Source of the DNA: Candidatus Thorarchaeota archaeon
GTDB taxonomy: Archaea; Asgardarchaeota; Thorarchaeia; Thorarchaeales; Thorarchaeaceae
DNA length: 64,000 bases
Direction: 5' to 3'
Assembly: GCA_016840855.1 (NCBI GenBank)
Contig: JAEORO010000069.1
Location: 64,001 to 128,000 of the forward strand
Positions 9,334-17,469 of the stretch are shown in pieces. Every line of letters starts with the position of its first letter. Position 1 is the first letter of the stretch. Below the pieces are notes generated by a model. That model saw only the letters and a program-made list of their open reading frames with translations. It searched no databases and had not been told where the DNA came from. The translations under genes were made by a program, and so were the position numbers.

Positions 9334-10842
9334 CTAATCTTCAAGGAGTATTCCTTCAGAGAGCTCCTCTAATCCACCAGCCTCTGGTTCTATCGGAGGC
9401 GATATAGCATCACCATTCGCCCAGGTTTCACCATCCGGTTCAGGAGGATCATGTCTAAAGCCATGGACTATTAACACGACCCCCGTCAAGGATACGAGAC
9501 CGCATGAAGCAAGTGTCAATGGGAATCCAATGATTGTTATCAACCATCCGAATAGAGCTATCTGAGGTATCGCAAACAAGGTTGCAACGGTTGGGAAGAG
9601 AGAGTACATGGAGTTCCTAATTTTATTCGGAATTACATCCAAAAGCACACGTTGTGTAAGGATCTCAGCAAAACCTCCAAAGAAACTGGTTGAAACAAAT
9701 GTTGTGAATATGAGAGCAATTGGAACAATATTCTCTGCAGGGAGACTCAAGAGTTGTATTTGGGTGAAAGGCCAGTAAAGGGTCCAGAGGCTTGTACTTG
9801 TATCAGTTGGTGGGAATAGTAGCATGATAGCAGCAAAAACCCAGAAGAAGACAAATCCACAGGTTTGCATAAGACGAAACCGTGGAATCCACTTCTTTGG
9901 TTCAAACCTGCGGGACCATATACCTGAGCGCTCTTGGGAGAAGATACCAGGAATAAAAAGTAGAGTCCTGAAACTTGCAACACCGACATCTGTGATCAAA
10001 TATAGGTAGTACATCGGAAATAGAATGAGGTTTCCCCAAACCATAATGCTGCTTACAGCTAACATGCTCCCTACTGCGATGTATCGAATAAATGCATGTC
10101 TGAAGAGATAGCTGACGCCACCTTTGAGTATGGAGAGGTATTCACCCATCTCTGGGCGTTGGCCTTTCTGAGCTCTTTGCTCCTCTACTTCAGGAAAGTC
10201 TCGTACGAGTCTGAAGACAAGCATCGCAAACACAAACGATAGGACACCTTGTAGTTGGAAAACCCAAGCTCTTGAGAATGCAGCAGCCATAATACTCCCT
10301 GGAATCAAAGAAGCTGTAGCTACTATCTGCATTACCATGCCCATGCGTCCCCAGAAAACGCCATACTGCTTTCTATCTGAGTCACCGGGCATAGCGATCC
10401 GATAATTATTGTCGAACCATGCACCCCATGCTCCACTGGATTGAGACTGCGCAAGGCCTTGTAGAGCATAAACCAACACAAGATACACGTAAGGAGTATC
10501 AACAGTCACTATGGAAATCATGAGAAATGAGATTCCATAGGTCACATTTGCACCAGCAATGATGTACCTCTGACCAATCCAATCACCAATAGCTCCAGTT
10601 GGATAGTCCAAGATAATTTGGACAACCATCTGAACCACAACCAAAGTCCCTACCAAGCCGATACCTTGGAGATACATTCCAGGACCGCCGCCAAGTGCCT
10701 CAGCAACAAAAATCACATAGAATGTCGTAGATAGGAAGAAAGTGAGATTAGCCAATGGCCCTAAAATTCCCATAATTTGTGCCAGTTTCACGACCTTGTC
10801 TGTGGCGTCCGGCAAACCAAGAAAGGATTTCATTCTACTCAT
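9334..10842 (-). CDS. MFS transporter
   Basis: ~12 TM helices; DYPTGAIGDWIGQR (MFS motif A). Confidence 0.88.
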   Translation of the reverse strand: MSRMKSFLGLPDATDKVVKLAQIMGILGPLANLTFFLSTTFYVIFVAEALGGGPGMYLQGIGLVGTLVVVQMVVQIILDYPTGAIGDWIGQRYIIAGANVTYGISFLMISIVTVDTPYVYLVLVYALQGLAQSQSSGAWGAWFDNNYRIAMPGDSDRKQYGVFWGRMGMVMQIVATASLIPGSIMAAAFSRAWVFQLQGVLSFVFAMLVFRLVRDFPEVEEQRAQKGQRPEMGEYLSILKGGVSYLFRHAFIRYIAVGSMLAVSSIMVWGNLILFPMYYLYLITDVGVASFRTLLFIPGIFSQERSGIWSRRFEPKKWIPRFRLMQTCGFVFFWVFAAIMLLFPPTDTSTSLWTLYWPFTQIQLLSLPAENIVPIALIFTTFVSTSFFGGFAEILTQRVLLDVIPNKIRNSMYSLFPTVATLFAIPQIALFGWLITIIGFPLTLASCGLVSLTGVVLIVHGFRHDPPEPDGETWANGDAISPPIEPEAGGLEELSEGILLED

Positions 10843-10848
10843 GAATTT

Positions 10849-10956
10849 TCAGCACCCAATCGTTAGATTGTGATCTTTGTATGAACTTGAAGTTGATACC
10901 CTTCCTAGACTTGCCTGCTTAGTAGCCACATATGCAAGTTCTGGTTCACGTTTCAT
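10849..10956 (-). CDS. Micro-ORF P8, 35 aa (MKREPELAYVATKQASLGRVSTSSSYKDHNLTIGC)
   Basis: Hand-translated; AAAGGAAG upstream; T-K-Q-A resembles the TQA motif of the upstream peptides; ends 6 nt before the MFS ATG. Confidence 0.45.
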   Translation of the reverse strand: MKREPELAYVATKQASLGRVSTSSSYKDHNLTIGC

Positions 10957-10977
10957 GTCTGTCAACTTCCTTTGGAT

Positions 10978-11038
10978 TGCAACGACCCTCGGATCACACA
11001 AACGAGGGCCGCTGCAGAATCTCCACCTTAGGAGATTC
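10978..11038 (-). ncRNA. Structured RNA element: two abutting hairpins
   Basis: GAATCTCC/GGAGATTC 8-bp stem (11017-11038) directly followed by 14-bp stem TGCAGCGGCCCTCG/CGAGGGTCGTTGCA (10978-11016), with G-U pairs only on the minus strand. Confidence 0.5.
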
Positions 11039-11087
11039 GGAGATAGGAGATTTGTTCAGTGTAACTCTAATGTGAAATAGCATTGCT

Positions 11088-11210
11088 TTATTCTGACACG
11101 CTAAAACCGGCGTTACAAAGTGCTCCAAATGACTGAACACAGATCGTCTTATCCTCACTAGCTAAGCACAGCTTCGCTCTTGAGAGGATACCTGGTTGTG
11201 TCATAGTCAT
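11088..11210 (-). CDS. Micro-ORF P6, 40 aa (MTMTQPGILSRAKLCLASEDKTICVQSFGALCNAGFSVSE)
   Basis: Hand-translated; lies downstream of a TTTATA box and a palindrome. Confidence 0.35.
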   Translation of the reverse strand: MTMTQPGILSRAKLCLASEDKTICVQSFGALCNAGFSVSE

Positions 11211-11223
11211 CACATCGCCAGTT

Positions 11224-11270
11224 TTGGTTTATACAACCAACCATATTTTGTTAATGGTTTGGATATAAAC
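11224..11270 (-). promoter_or_regulatory. Putative internal promoter (TTTATA) with palindrome TTGGTT-N5-AACCAA
   Basis: Perfect inverted repeat at 11224-11240; TTTATA at ~11264-11269 on the minus strand. Confidence 0.45.
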
Positions 11271-11371
11271 ATTATTCTTAAAGCATTATTTTGTATCCTG
11301 TACTTAAAATTGCAATTATGTTGATATTTCAAACCAATTTTGTGAATATTAGACAGGACACACATGCGTTT

Positions 11372-11440
11372 CTACCTCCTGAAGAAGGCGGTTGTGATTG
11401 CTTGTGTTGTCATAATCTGTTTCTTGTTTCTGTTTGTCAT
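11372..11440 (-). CDS. Micro-ORF P4, 22 aa (MTNRNKKQIMTTQAITTAFFRR)
   Basis: GGAGGT 6 nt upstream of ATG; shares TQAIxxAF motif with P1/P3. Confidence 0.6.
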   Translation of the reverse strand: MTNRNKKQIMTTQAITTAFFRR

Positions 11441-11444
11441 TTCG

Positions 11445-11540
11445 TTACCTCCGATAGGTATATGCATGGATGATAGCCTGAGTTCGACACAGACATCTGT
11501 TTGGTAATTTGGATTTGAGATCGTATTCAGATGAAGCCAT
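11445..11540 (-). CDS. Micro-ORF P3, 31 aa (MASSEYDLKSKLPNRCLCRTQAIIHAYTYRR)
   Basis: GGAGTGTGA upstream; TQAIxxAY motif. Confidence 0.6.
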   Translation of the reverse strand: MASSEYDLKSKLPNRCLCRTQAIIHAYTYRR

Positions 11541-11556
11541 GATTTTTCACACTCCA

Positions 11557-11685
11557 TTATAGGTTGGTCACAAGATATGCTATTTCTGAGACTAACTGAC
11601 CAGTTCTATGACCACTATGTGACCAATCACCTTTCATAGATGGATCGGTAGATATCCAGCAGATTTGTTTCTCAATGTGTTCCAT
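11557..11685 (-). CDS. Micro-ORF P2, 42 aa (MEHIEKQICWISTDPSMKGDWSHSGHRTGQLVSEIAYLVTNL)
   Basis: AAGGTGA SD overlapping the P1 stop; C-terminal AYL shared with P1. Confidence 0.5.
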   Translation of the reverse strand: MEHIEKQICWISTDPSMKGDWSHSGHRTGQLVSEIAYLVTNL

Positions 11686-11690
11686 GCTCA

Positions 11691-11798
11691 TCACCTTACG
11701 ACAGTCAAGTAGGCATATGTCAGAGCCTGGGTTGTAAAAACAGCACCACTTTTGTTCTTCAGCGCAGATATGTTTCGTGAGTTAGTTGTTAGAGCCAT
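11691..11798 (-). CDS. Micro-ORF P1, 35 aa (MALTTNSRNISALKNKSGAVFTTQALTYAYLTVVR)
   Basis: First ATG after a TATATATA box; TTQALxxAY motif. Confidence 0.6.
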   Translation of the reverse strand: MALTTNSRNISALKNKSGAVFTTQALTYAYLTVVR

Positions 11799-11800
11799 GA

Positions 11801-11838
11801 TATTTCACAAGAAATACTGCTCAGTTTTGGTATATATA
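11801..11838 (-). promoter_or_regulatory. TATA box (11831-11838) and operator-like palindrome TATTTC-N4-GAAATA (11801-11816)
   Basis: Seen directly; spacing fits a short-leader archaeal promoter for the micro-ORF array. Confidence 0.55.
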
Positions 11839-12054
11839 GCGGAGCCACGTGAGAGGGTCACGAGAAGGAGTCACAATTTGTGACTATGAATTAATGAAAG
11901 GACAGAGCTAGAAACCATTGTCTTGTATGAGAAAAGAGTATCATATGTTTCAAAAAAACCATTATTCGTAGCAAAACCGACTTGATAGTCAAACATATTT
12001 AGCGGCATTGTCGGACCAAAAACACACCTAGAATCAATCCAGAGGTAGATCATA

Positions 12055-12936
12055 TTGGAGATTAAGAAAATCGCTGTTTTAGGCGCAGGTCTAATGGGAA
12101 ACGGAATTGCTCATGTATGTGCGCAAGCCGGGTATGAGGTCAAGATGCGTGACATAGACCAGAAGTTCATCGACAAGGGATTGTCCACTATCAAGAAGAA
12201 CTTGGAGAGAGGAATTGCGAAAGGAAAAATCACTCAGGACGAAGTTGACACAATTCTCACGAGAATCCATGGAGTCTTAGATCTTGAAGATGCGGTCAAG
12301 GATGCTGATCTTGTTATCGAAGCAGTTCCAGAAATTGTCAGTCTAAAGCTCGACATTTGGAAAGAGGTTGATACATTTGCACCAGAACATGCAATTCTGG
12401 CTTCTAACACATCTAGTATTAGTATCACCCAAATGGCTGCAGTCACAAAAAGACCAGAGAAGTTCATAGGAATGCATTTCTTTAACCCTGTTCCGATCAT
12501 GAATCTTGTAGAGATTATCAAGGGACAAGCCACCAACGATTCAACAGTGCAGATAATTGAGGATGTTTCAAAGAAGATTGGCAAGGAAACAGTACTTGTC
12601 AATGAAGCTCCTGGATTTGCAGTCAATAGACTACTTGTTCCAGCATTGCTTGAGGCTGTATTTGCCATCCAAGAGGGGGTAGCCACCGTTGAAGACATGG
12701 ATAAAGCGATTCATCTTGGGCTGAATTGGCCAATGGGTCCATTAACTCTGCTTGACTTTGTAGGTCTTGATACAACGTTACACATAGCAGATTACTTCTT
12801 TGAAGAGTTTAAGGACAGCAAATATAGGGCACCAACTCTATTGCGAAAAATGGTACGAGCTGGCTGGTTTGGTAGAAAATCAGGCATGGGTTTCTATGAC
12901 TACTCCGGCGAAAAACCCAAACCAAATAGATTCTAA
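12055..12936 (+). CDS. hbd: 3-hydroxybutyryl-/3-hydroxyacyl-CoA dehydrogenase
   Basis: GAGLMGNGIA, EAVPE, ASNTSS, GMHFFNP, PMGP, GRKSGxGFYDY. Confidence 0.93.
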   Translation: MEIKKIAVLGAGLMGNGIAHVCAQAGYEVKMRDIDQKFIDKGLSTIKKNLERGIAKGKITQDEVDTILTRIHGVLDLEDAVKDADLVIEAVPEIVSLKLDIWKEVDTFAPEHAILASNTSSISITQMAAVTKRPEKFIGMHFFNPVPIMNLVEIIKGQATNDSTVQIIEDVSKKIGKETVLVNEAPGFAVNRLLVPALLEAVFAIQEGVATVEDMDKAIHLGLNWPMGPLTLLDFVGLDTTLHIADYFFEEFKDSKYRAPTLLRKMVRAGWFGRKSGMGFYDYSGEKPKPNRF

Positions 12937-12944
12937 TGGAATTT

Positions 12945-12968
12945 TGACTGGTCTATGTTGACCAGTCA
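12945..12968 (+). terminator. Hairpin terminator
   Basis: TGACTGGTC-N6-GACCAGTCA followed by TTCTATTCTTTT. Confidence 0.55.
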
Positions 12969-13010
12969 TTCTATTCTTTTACATGAACAAAATACTTAGC
13001 ACCAATCATT

Positions 13011-13877
13011 TTGGAACAAGCAAGGGTGTTTCTTTTGAAATACAAAGAGAGCAAGTACATTGGATTTGATGGAATTAGGATGTTCTTAGCACTCTGGCGC
13101 CCCGATGATGATAAGCCAAGAGCACTAGTGATTGCACTACATGGATTGGGCAGTCATGCCGGAGATATGAAGAATATTGGGGAATTTCTCTCGGAGAGAG
13201 GAATTGCTGTCTTTGCACCTGATATGCGAGGGTTCGGACATTATTCTGGGACAAAAGGACATGTAATGAGTTTTGAAGAGTATGTAGAGGATATTCAAAA
13301 CTTGGTTATGCAAATAAAAGATCAATATCTGAACAAAATAACATACTTATTTGGCGCATCTTTAGGCGGTGTCAACGCAATAAGGTATGTTTTGAGATAT
13401 CCGAGGGTTGTCGATGGACTTCTTCTCCAATGTCCAGCTGTGAGCCAGAACCTGAAAATTGGGACTGGAAAACGGTTTGCGGGTAATATTCTCTCTCTAT
13501 TGAATGTGAAGAGATATGTGGATATTGGCATAGATTACGCGGATGTTTCCAGGAGTCCTGAAAATATTGAAAGACTTGAAAGAGACCCGCTTCGAGTCGA
13601 CATGGTCACTCCTCGGTTTGGCATTGAAGCACTGAAAGCATCAAAGGATGCGTTCCAAGCAGCCTCCGATATTACAATGCCAGTGATGATTCAGCAAGCG
13701 GGAGCTGATAAATTAGTTATTCCTGAAAAGACTAAGGAATTCTTTGATGCTCTAAGGTCAACCGATAAGACCTGGATGTTCTACGAAGGTCTCTATCACC
13801 AACTTCATGAAGAACCAGAGAAAGAACAAGTACTTGGAGACCTACATAGCTGGTTAGATAAACGCCTTCCAACCTAA
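13011..13877 (+). CDS. Lysophospholipase / monoglyceride lipase-like alpha/beta hydrolase
   Basis: HGLGSH, DMRGFG, nucleophile GASLGG, D..V and YHQLHEE. Confidence 0.88.
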   Translation: MEQARVFLLKYKESKYIGFDGIRMFLALWRPDDDKPRALVIALHGLGSHAGDMKNIGEFLSERGIAVFAPDMRGFGHYSGTKGHVMSFEEYVEDIQNLVMQIKDQYLNKITYLFGASLGGVNAIRYVLRYPRVVDGLLLQCPAVSQNLKIGTGKRFAGNILSLLNVKRYVDIGIDYADVSRSPENIERLERDPLRVDMVTPRFGIEALKASKDAFQAASDITMPVMIQQAGADKLVIPEKTKEFFDALRSTDKTWMFYEGLYHQLHEEPEKEQVLGDLHSWLDKRLPT

Positions 13878-16693
13878 TCTTTTTTTGACTCACGATGGTG
13901 CCCAAAAATTATATGCGGCGGGATTAAAAGCGCGGGGATACAGGTCACAAGAACGATACACCAGTCAATCAGGTTTATTGGTACGGTTTCAAAGAGCATA
14001 GCCAAAGGAGGGAAATAAATTGTTGCGAGAGTCAAAATAATTGACAAGGCAACAGCACCCATTAGCACCTTTGATTTACGCATTTCAGTCCTCCAGACTG
14101 GGTGATACTCATCCCGGCAATTCCATACAAACAGTAGTTCAAAGCACACAACACTAGCAAATACTGCAGATCGCCCATGAGTCAAGACATAAGCCCATGA
14201 AATTCCAGTTATTGGAGATATGTCAGAACTCCATATTACAGAGGGACCAGTAATGCCTGGAATCCAACCCCCATATGCCCATAATGACCAAATGAACACA
14301 CTAATTGATGATATGAATGCAACAGCACCAGCCGTAACAATGAAAGTAATCATACCACGGTCCATCATTTTAGCGCCGGGTTTCCGAGGAGGTCTATCCA
14401 TTACTCCAGATTCGGGAGGATCAACTCCAAGTGCTAGGGCAGGAAAACCATCAGTGGCGAGATTGAGCCAAAGTATCTGTATCGCGGTTATTGGTAGTGG
14501 TAATCCAAGCATCACAACTGTGAATATTAGAAATACTTCATCGAAGTTTGCGGCTAGCAAAAACCGAACGAATTTTCTAATGTTGGAATAAATCTCACGA
14601 CCTTTCTCAACTGCAGAAACAATAGTAGCAAAGTTATCATCTGTGAGGATAACATCCGACGCTTCTTTCGTTACATCAGCTCCTCGGATACCCATTGCGA
14701 TACCAACATCTGCAGTTTTAATTGCAGGCGCATCATTGACACCATCTCCAGTCATTGCAACAACTTGAGAATGTGACTTCAGAGCACCTACAATCTGTAG
14801 TTTATGTTCTGGAGCAACTCGAGCAAATACATTGCAGCGTTGAACTACTTCTTGAAACTTGCTGGGTGCCATCTCATCCAGTTCTGCACCACTGACCACC
14901 TCACCATCGACATCAATCAATCCAACGTCTCTAGCAATCGCTCGTGCAGTGAGCATATGATCGCCAGTAATCATAATTGGTCGAATTCCAGCTATCTTGC
15001 ATATTTCTATAGCATCACGAACTTCTTTTCGAGGTGGATCAATCATCCCAATCAATCCAACAAATATGAGGTTTCGTTCGACTTTTTCTGGTTCCCAATC
15101 AGCTAATTCGGATTCTAATGGACGGTATGCAAACGCTAGAACTCTCAGAGCTGCTTCTGCAAATCCAGCGTTTATGTGGATTATTGATTCTCTCTCTTCG
15201 TCAGATAACTCCCTAATATCATCATTTTCATAAATATGCGTACAGAGTGGAAGAAGAACTTCAGGAGCTCCCTTTGCATTAGCGACGAGGTTTCCATCTT
15301 CATCACGGATGATTGATGTCATTCGCTTTCTTGCAGAATCAAATGAGATTTCTGTTAATTCGGTATTACGGGACAATGTATCAGCATGAGACAGTCCTGC
15401 TTTTTCTGCAAGAACAAGAAGTGCTCCCTCAGTTGGGTCGCCAACAACACTATAATCGGCTTTTCCTGATGGATCTGGTTGTAACACAGAGTTACAACAA
15501 AGCTGCCCAATTTCAAGAAGTCTAACGACATGTGGATCTCCCATCACGCCATAATCTTCACTAGCACGCGTAAATTTTCCAGACTTATTATATCCCACCC
15601 CAGAAACTGAAATAGTCATTCCATTTACGAACATTGTTGTTGCAGTCATTTCGTTCTTTGTGATAGTCCCAGTCTTGTCTGAACAGATTATCGTCGTAGA
15701 ACCCAGCGTTTCCACTGAGGGGAGCCTTCTAACAATAGCATTCCTTGCCACCATTCGTTGTACGCCAATTGCAAGGGTTATTGTAACAACTGCAGGTAGA
15801 CCTTCAGGGATTGCAGAAACAGCAAGCGCAATAGCAGCTAATAATGCTTCCATGATTGTTTCTGCAGCATTCTTTATGACTTCAGCACCAAAGACAATAA
15901 TACAGAGAAATATGATGAGTATTCCAAGTTTCTTACCAAGGTCCTCCAAGTCAATTTGTAGTGGAGTCATGGTTTTTTCGCTACTTTGAACGAGTTCAGC
16001 TATTTTTCCAAACTGCGTTCTCATGCCTGTTGAAACAACTACAGCTTGGCCCTTCCCAGCAGTGATAGTAGTGCCTTGGAAAACCATGTTTTTCATATCG
16101 CCTACAACAGGTTTGCGAAGATGAATCGGATCACTCAGCTTTCGAACAGCAACAGATTCTCCGGTGAGTGGAGCTTCATCAGCCGATAAGCCCACAGCAT
16201 AGATAACTCGTCCATCTGCTGGAATAAGGTCACCAGCTTCAAAACCAAGAAGGTCACCGGGTACAACATCGCGAGCATCGATCTCAGTCCAGAGTCCATC
16301 TCGCATTGCTCGGGCTTTAGGTGCTGCCATCTCCTTTAGCGCTTCAAGCGCTTTTTCAGACTTGTATTCTTGCACAAAACCAAAGATGGCATTGAATACC
16401 ACTATCGCAGAAATGACAAGAGCATCAATCACACCGCCTTCATGGTCAGATGCTCCAGCGGATAAAACAGTGGTAAGAAGTGAGATGACAATTGCAATGA
16501 GGAGGATGATTACCATAGGATCCATAAATTGGTTAAGAAACATACGTAGGGGATTAATTCCCCCAGTTTCAACAAGCTCGTTAGGTCCATATTCCTTTAG
16601 CCTAACCCTTGCCTCTTTATTTGAGAGACCATTAGGTGATGAATCAAGACGTTGTAGTACATGTTCAACGTCGTTACTATACCACTCAGTCAT
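13874..16693 (-). CDS. P-type ATPase, type IIA (Ca2+-transporting-like)
   Basis: TGES, PEGL, DKTGT, KGAPE, MITGD, GDGVNDAP, NLATDG. Confidence 0.95.
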   Translation of the reverse strand: MTEWYSNDVEHVLQRLDSSPNGLSNKEARVRLKEYGPNELVETGGINPLRMFLNQFMDPMVIILLIAIVISLLTTVLSAGASDHEGGVIDALVISAIVVFNAIFGFVQEYKSEKALEALKEMAAPKARAMRDGLWTEIDARDVVPGDLLGFEAGDLIPADGRVIYAVGLSADEAPLTGESVAVRKLSDPIHLRKPVVGDMKNMVFQGTTITAGKGQAVVVSTGMRTQFGKIAELVQSSEKTMTPLQIDLEDLGKKLGILIIFLCIIVFGAEVIKNAAETIMEALLAAIALAVSAIPEGLPAVVTITLAIGVQRMVARNAIVRRLPSVETLGSTTIICSDKTGTITKNEMTATTMFVNGMTISVSGVGYNKSGKFTRASEDYGVMGDPHVVRLLEIGQLCCNSVLQPDPSGKADYSVVGDPTEGALLVLAEKAGLSHADTLSRNTELTEISFDSARKRMTSIIRDEDGNLVANAKGAPEVLLPLCTHIYENDDIRELSDEERESIIHINAGFAEAALRVLAFAYRPLESELADWEPEKVERNLIFVGLIGMIDPPRKEVRDAIEICKIAGIRPIMITGDHMLTARAIARDVGLIDVDGEVVSGAELDEMAPSKFQEVVQRCNVFARVAPEHKLQIVGALKSHSQVVAMTGDGVNDAPAIKTADVGIAMGIRGADVTKEASDVILTDDNFATIVSAVEKGREIYSNIRKFVRFLLAANFDEVFLIFTVVMLGLPLPITAIQILWLNLATDGFPALALGVDPPESGVMDRPPRKPGAKMMDRGMITFIVTAGAVAFISSISVFIWSLWAYGGWIPGITGPSVIWSSDISPITGISWAYVLTHGRSAVFASVVCFELLFVWNCRDEYHPVWRTEMRKSKVLMGAVALSIILTLATIYFPPLAMLFETVPINLIDWCIVLVTCIPALLIPPHIIFGHHRESKKD

Positions 16694-16848
16694 TTTGAAT
16701 ACTCCGAGTGCGAAGAGAATTCTACTCTGAGATGGTTATGAGCGCGGGGCACCTGAACAAAAACCTATCGGAGTTGGTAAAATCACAATTCGAAAATATT
16801 AAAGATAATCTGAGAGCGAAATGTTATTCGAATCAAAAGGTGATCAGT

Positions 16849-17469
16849 TTGTCTGAAAAATCGAAGTATAATTTCAAATGTTTAGAGAGTAAATGCGAAA
16901 CAAAAGCATGTCATATCAGACCTAGAGTTGGAGTCACTATTGGCGATCTTGCTCGCTGGATGAATCAGGGATATATAATGAATATCCTTCCGGGCATAGC
17001 GATTCACATGCCAGAGTCTGACAAGGACTCATTCTACTTCGAAACAGGTCGGAAGCCTCTAGCAAGTGATTCAGAATCAACTTCATGCATATTTTATAAT
17101 GAACAAGCAAATGCCTGTGAAATAAGATATGGCAGACCAATCTCATGCCAAACATATCCACTCGAATTCAACGGTGAAAAATATACCCTAAGTAGTAAAG
17201 ACTGTCCGGGTGTGGGACAAGGAGATGTGAGTAAGGAGGTACTTCAAGATGCTAGAAAGTTAGCCGAGCAAGAATACAAGGAGCGAATAGAAACCATGGC
17301 AGCACTTCCAGCAGTTTACTCTGTGATGATGAATCAAATGATACGACAGTCAGCGGAAGCGATGCAAAATCTTTCAGAAGAAGACCGCAAGAAGATGGAT
17401 GAAATCATTACAAAATCAAGAGGTGAACCAGCAGCTGAAGAGAGTCCATCTAGTGATCAATCAGAATGA
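16849..17469 (+). CDS. YkgJ-like cysteine-cluster protein
   Basis: FKC...C...C, CIFY, CEIRYGRPISCQTYP, CPGVG; start set at TTG after AGGTGA (ORF opens at 16708). Confidence 0.75.
   Translation: MSEKSKYNFKCLESKCETKACHIRPRVGVTIGDLARWMNQGYIMNILPGIAIHMPESDKDSFYFETGRKPLASDSESTSCIFYNEQANACEIRYGRPISCQTYPLEFNGEKYTLSSKDCPGVGQGDVSKEVLQDARKLAEQEYKERIETMAALPAVYSVMMNQMIRQSAEAMQNLSEEDRKKMDEIITKSRGEPAAEESPSSDQSE

Noticed and set aside
11195-11225. GGCGATG as a possible fluoride riboswitch start
   Set aside because: The rest of the consensus (GTTCGCC pairing, TAATGAC) is absent
10877-11473. Plus-strand ORFs 10877-11080 and 11291-11473
   Set aside because: Antisense to the SD-supported micro-ORFs and to the G-U-oriented hairpin; no RBS or motif
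11372-11557. Track ORF of 61 aa (MECEKSW...AFFRR)
   Set aside because: Its 5' part overlaps P3 in another frame; the SD-supported start is ATG 11440, giving the 22-aa P4
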